Origin: Mobula hypostoma
Taxonomy: Eukaryota
Length of the DNA stretch: 64,000 nt
Direction: 5' to 3'
Assembly: GCF_963921235.1 (NCBI RefSeq)
Contig: NC_086097.1
Span: forward strand, 141,174,001 to 141,238,000
Made by a program: the position numbers and the translations under genes. This document shows positions 62,957 to 64,000 of the stretch, in pieces; position 1 is the first letter of the stretch, and each line of letters starts with the position of its first letter. The notes beneath the pieces were generated by a model. The model made no database searches. It saw only the letters and a program-made list of their open reading frames with translations, and was not told the origin of the DNA.

Positions 62957-62995
62957 CACATAGTTAAAGTACAACCGGCGCCGCTGACAAAAACT
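62957..62995 (+). other. 23-RSS of V4 with a variant heptamer
   Basis: CACATAG, 23 nt, ACAAAAACT (62987-62995). Confidence 0.9.
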
Positions 62996-64000
62996 CTTCC
63001 TCAGCGTAAAGGTCACACGAATCATTTCCGACTCAGCGAATTCGCAGCTTATGCCATAAATGCCATCACCTTTCTTCGGATGGAGAACTCTATCCAATTC
63101 CACGAAAGTTACCCGATCAGCCTCATCGACAGTCTATTCATTTACACCCGTCGCTCGAGAACAGTGAATGGGGAGAATATTTCCGCAGGGTACGGGAGCC
63201 CAAACTAGAGACTATAGATTTAAAGTGAGCGAGGAAAGATCTGTAAGAGACCTGTGTGGTAGGTTCTTCAGGGAAGCGGCGGTGGACACAGGCAATAAGC
63301 TGCCAGAGGAAGAGTTAGAGGCAGGAACCATCGAGAGATTCAAAAGTCATTTGGGAATCTACATGGATAAGAAAAGTTCAGTGAAATACGGTTTAAATGC
63401 TGGTGCTCATTAAGGACGAGTTACGCTGAAGGGCCTGATTCTGTGCTGTAGAGCTCAATAGCCATTAGAATTGCTTTAAATCTCTGGACGATCGCCAGTC
63501 AGACCCCTTTATTCTGTGGAAACAGCCACAACATATCCGATCTCTATAACTAAAATCCTCCAATCCCAGAAACATACTAGTGAATCTTTTCTGCGTCCTC
63601 TCTAGTTCAATCACACACAAATAATTAAGCAATAAATACTGAGGAAATGAAGTGAAGATACTTGACAGTGAGCCCATATGTTGTGGGAACATTTCAGTGA
63701 TGGGTCAAGTGAAGTTATACAATTTGGTTGAAGAGCCTGATTGTGGAGGGGTAATACCTGTTGCTGAACCTGGTGGTGTAGTTCTGAGGCTCCTGTACGT
63801 ACTTCCTGATGGGAGCAGTGAGAGGAGAGCATGATCTGCAATGTGGGGGAGGGGTGGGGTGGGTGGTGTTTCTGATGACGGATGTTGCTTTCCTTAAAAC
63901 ATCACTTCTTAAGACATTTCCTCACTGTGGATGTAAGTGATACTGGACTTTAGTCATTAAGGCAGGTCACCATGTTCCTCTGAGGCACCAGAATCAGAGA

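Larger units (their letters stand above)
50623..64000 (+). repeat. Segmental-duplication unit 4 (contains V4), preceded by a chimeric partial unit
   Basis: 52910-64000 is collinear with 21640 onward and with unit 1; 50623-52720 is a partial extra copy. Confidence 0.85.

Noticed and set aside
16353-62995. Interpretation as Ig light-chain (lambda-like) clusters
   Set aside because: No J or C lies within 10-22 kb of any V, whereas chondrichthyan Ig genes are in V-J-C clusters and are often germline-joined. Motifs fit TRG better. Not fully excluded without a phylogeny.
16816-64000. D or J segments, or germline-joined V-J
   Set aside because: I saw no FGxG-coding segment with an upstream RSS. 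Every V ends directly at its own heptamer. A by-eye scan could miss a degenerate segment.

Overview
Eukaryotic genomic DNA from a cartilaginous fish, probably a ray. This is inferred from the repeat families and the V-gene style, not from a database match. The window is part of a T-cell receptor gamma-type (TRG) variable-gene array. Four intact, same-subgroup V segments lie on the + strand, with ATGs at 16353, 38502, 48816 and 62533. Each has a TATA promoter, a 40-nt leader exon, an 84-nt GT-AG intron, a 300-nt V exon ending YYCAYWD, and a 23-bp-spacer RSS. No J or C segment was seen. Each V sits in one copy of a tandemly duplicated, TE-mosaic unit (V-to-V spacing 22.1, 10.3 and 13.7 kb), later altered by unit-specific insertions, deletions and one inversion. 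Transposons include a CsRn1-type Gypsy (tRNA-Trp PBS, CHCC gag), a nearly intact Neptune-type Penelope element with two hammerhead-ribozyme-bearing pseudo-LTRs, further Penelope fragments, solo LTRs, CR1, L1, Rex1, an internally deleted R2-like (Hero/NeSL-type) element and V-SINEs. The most notable observations are the minimal hammerhead ribozymes, two independent opposite-orientation Penelope insertions at almost the same paralogous site, possible gene conversion between V1 and V2 alongside amino-acid-rich divergence of V3 and V4, and a remnant of a unit that lost its V gene. All counts are by eye and need alignment to confirm.
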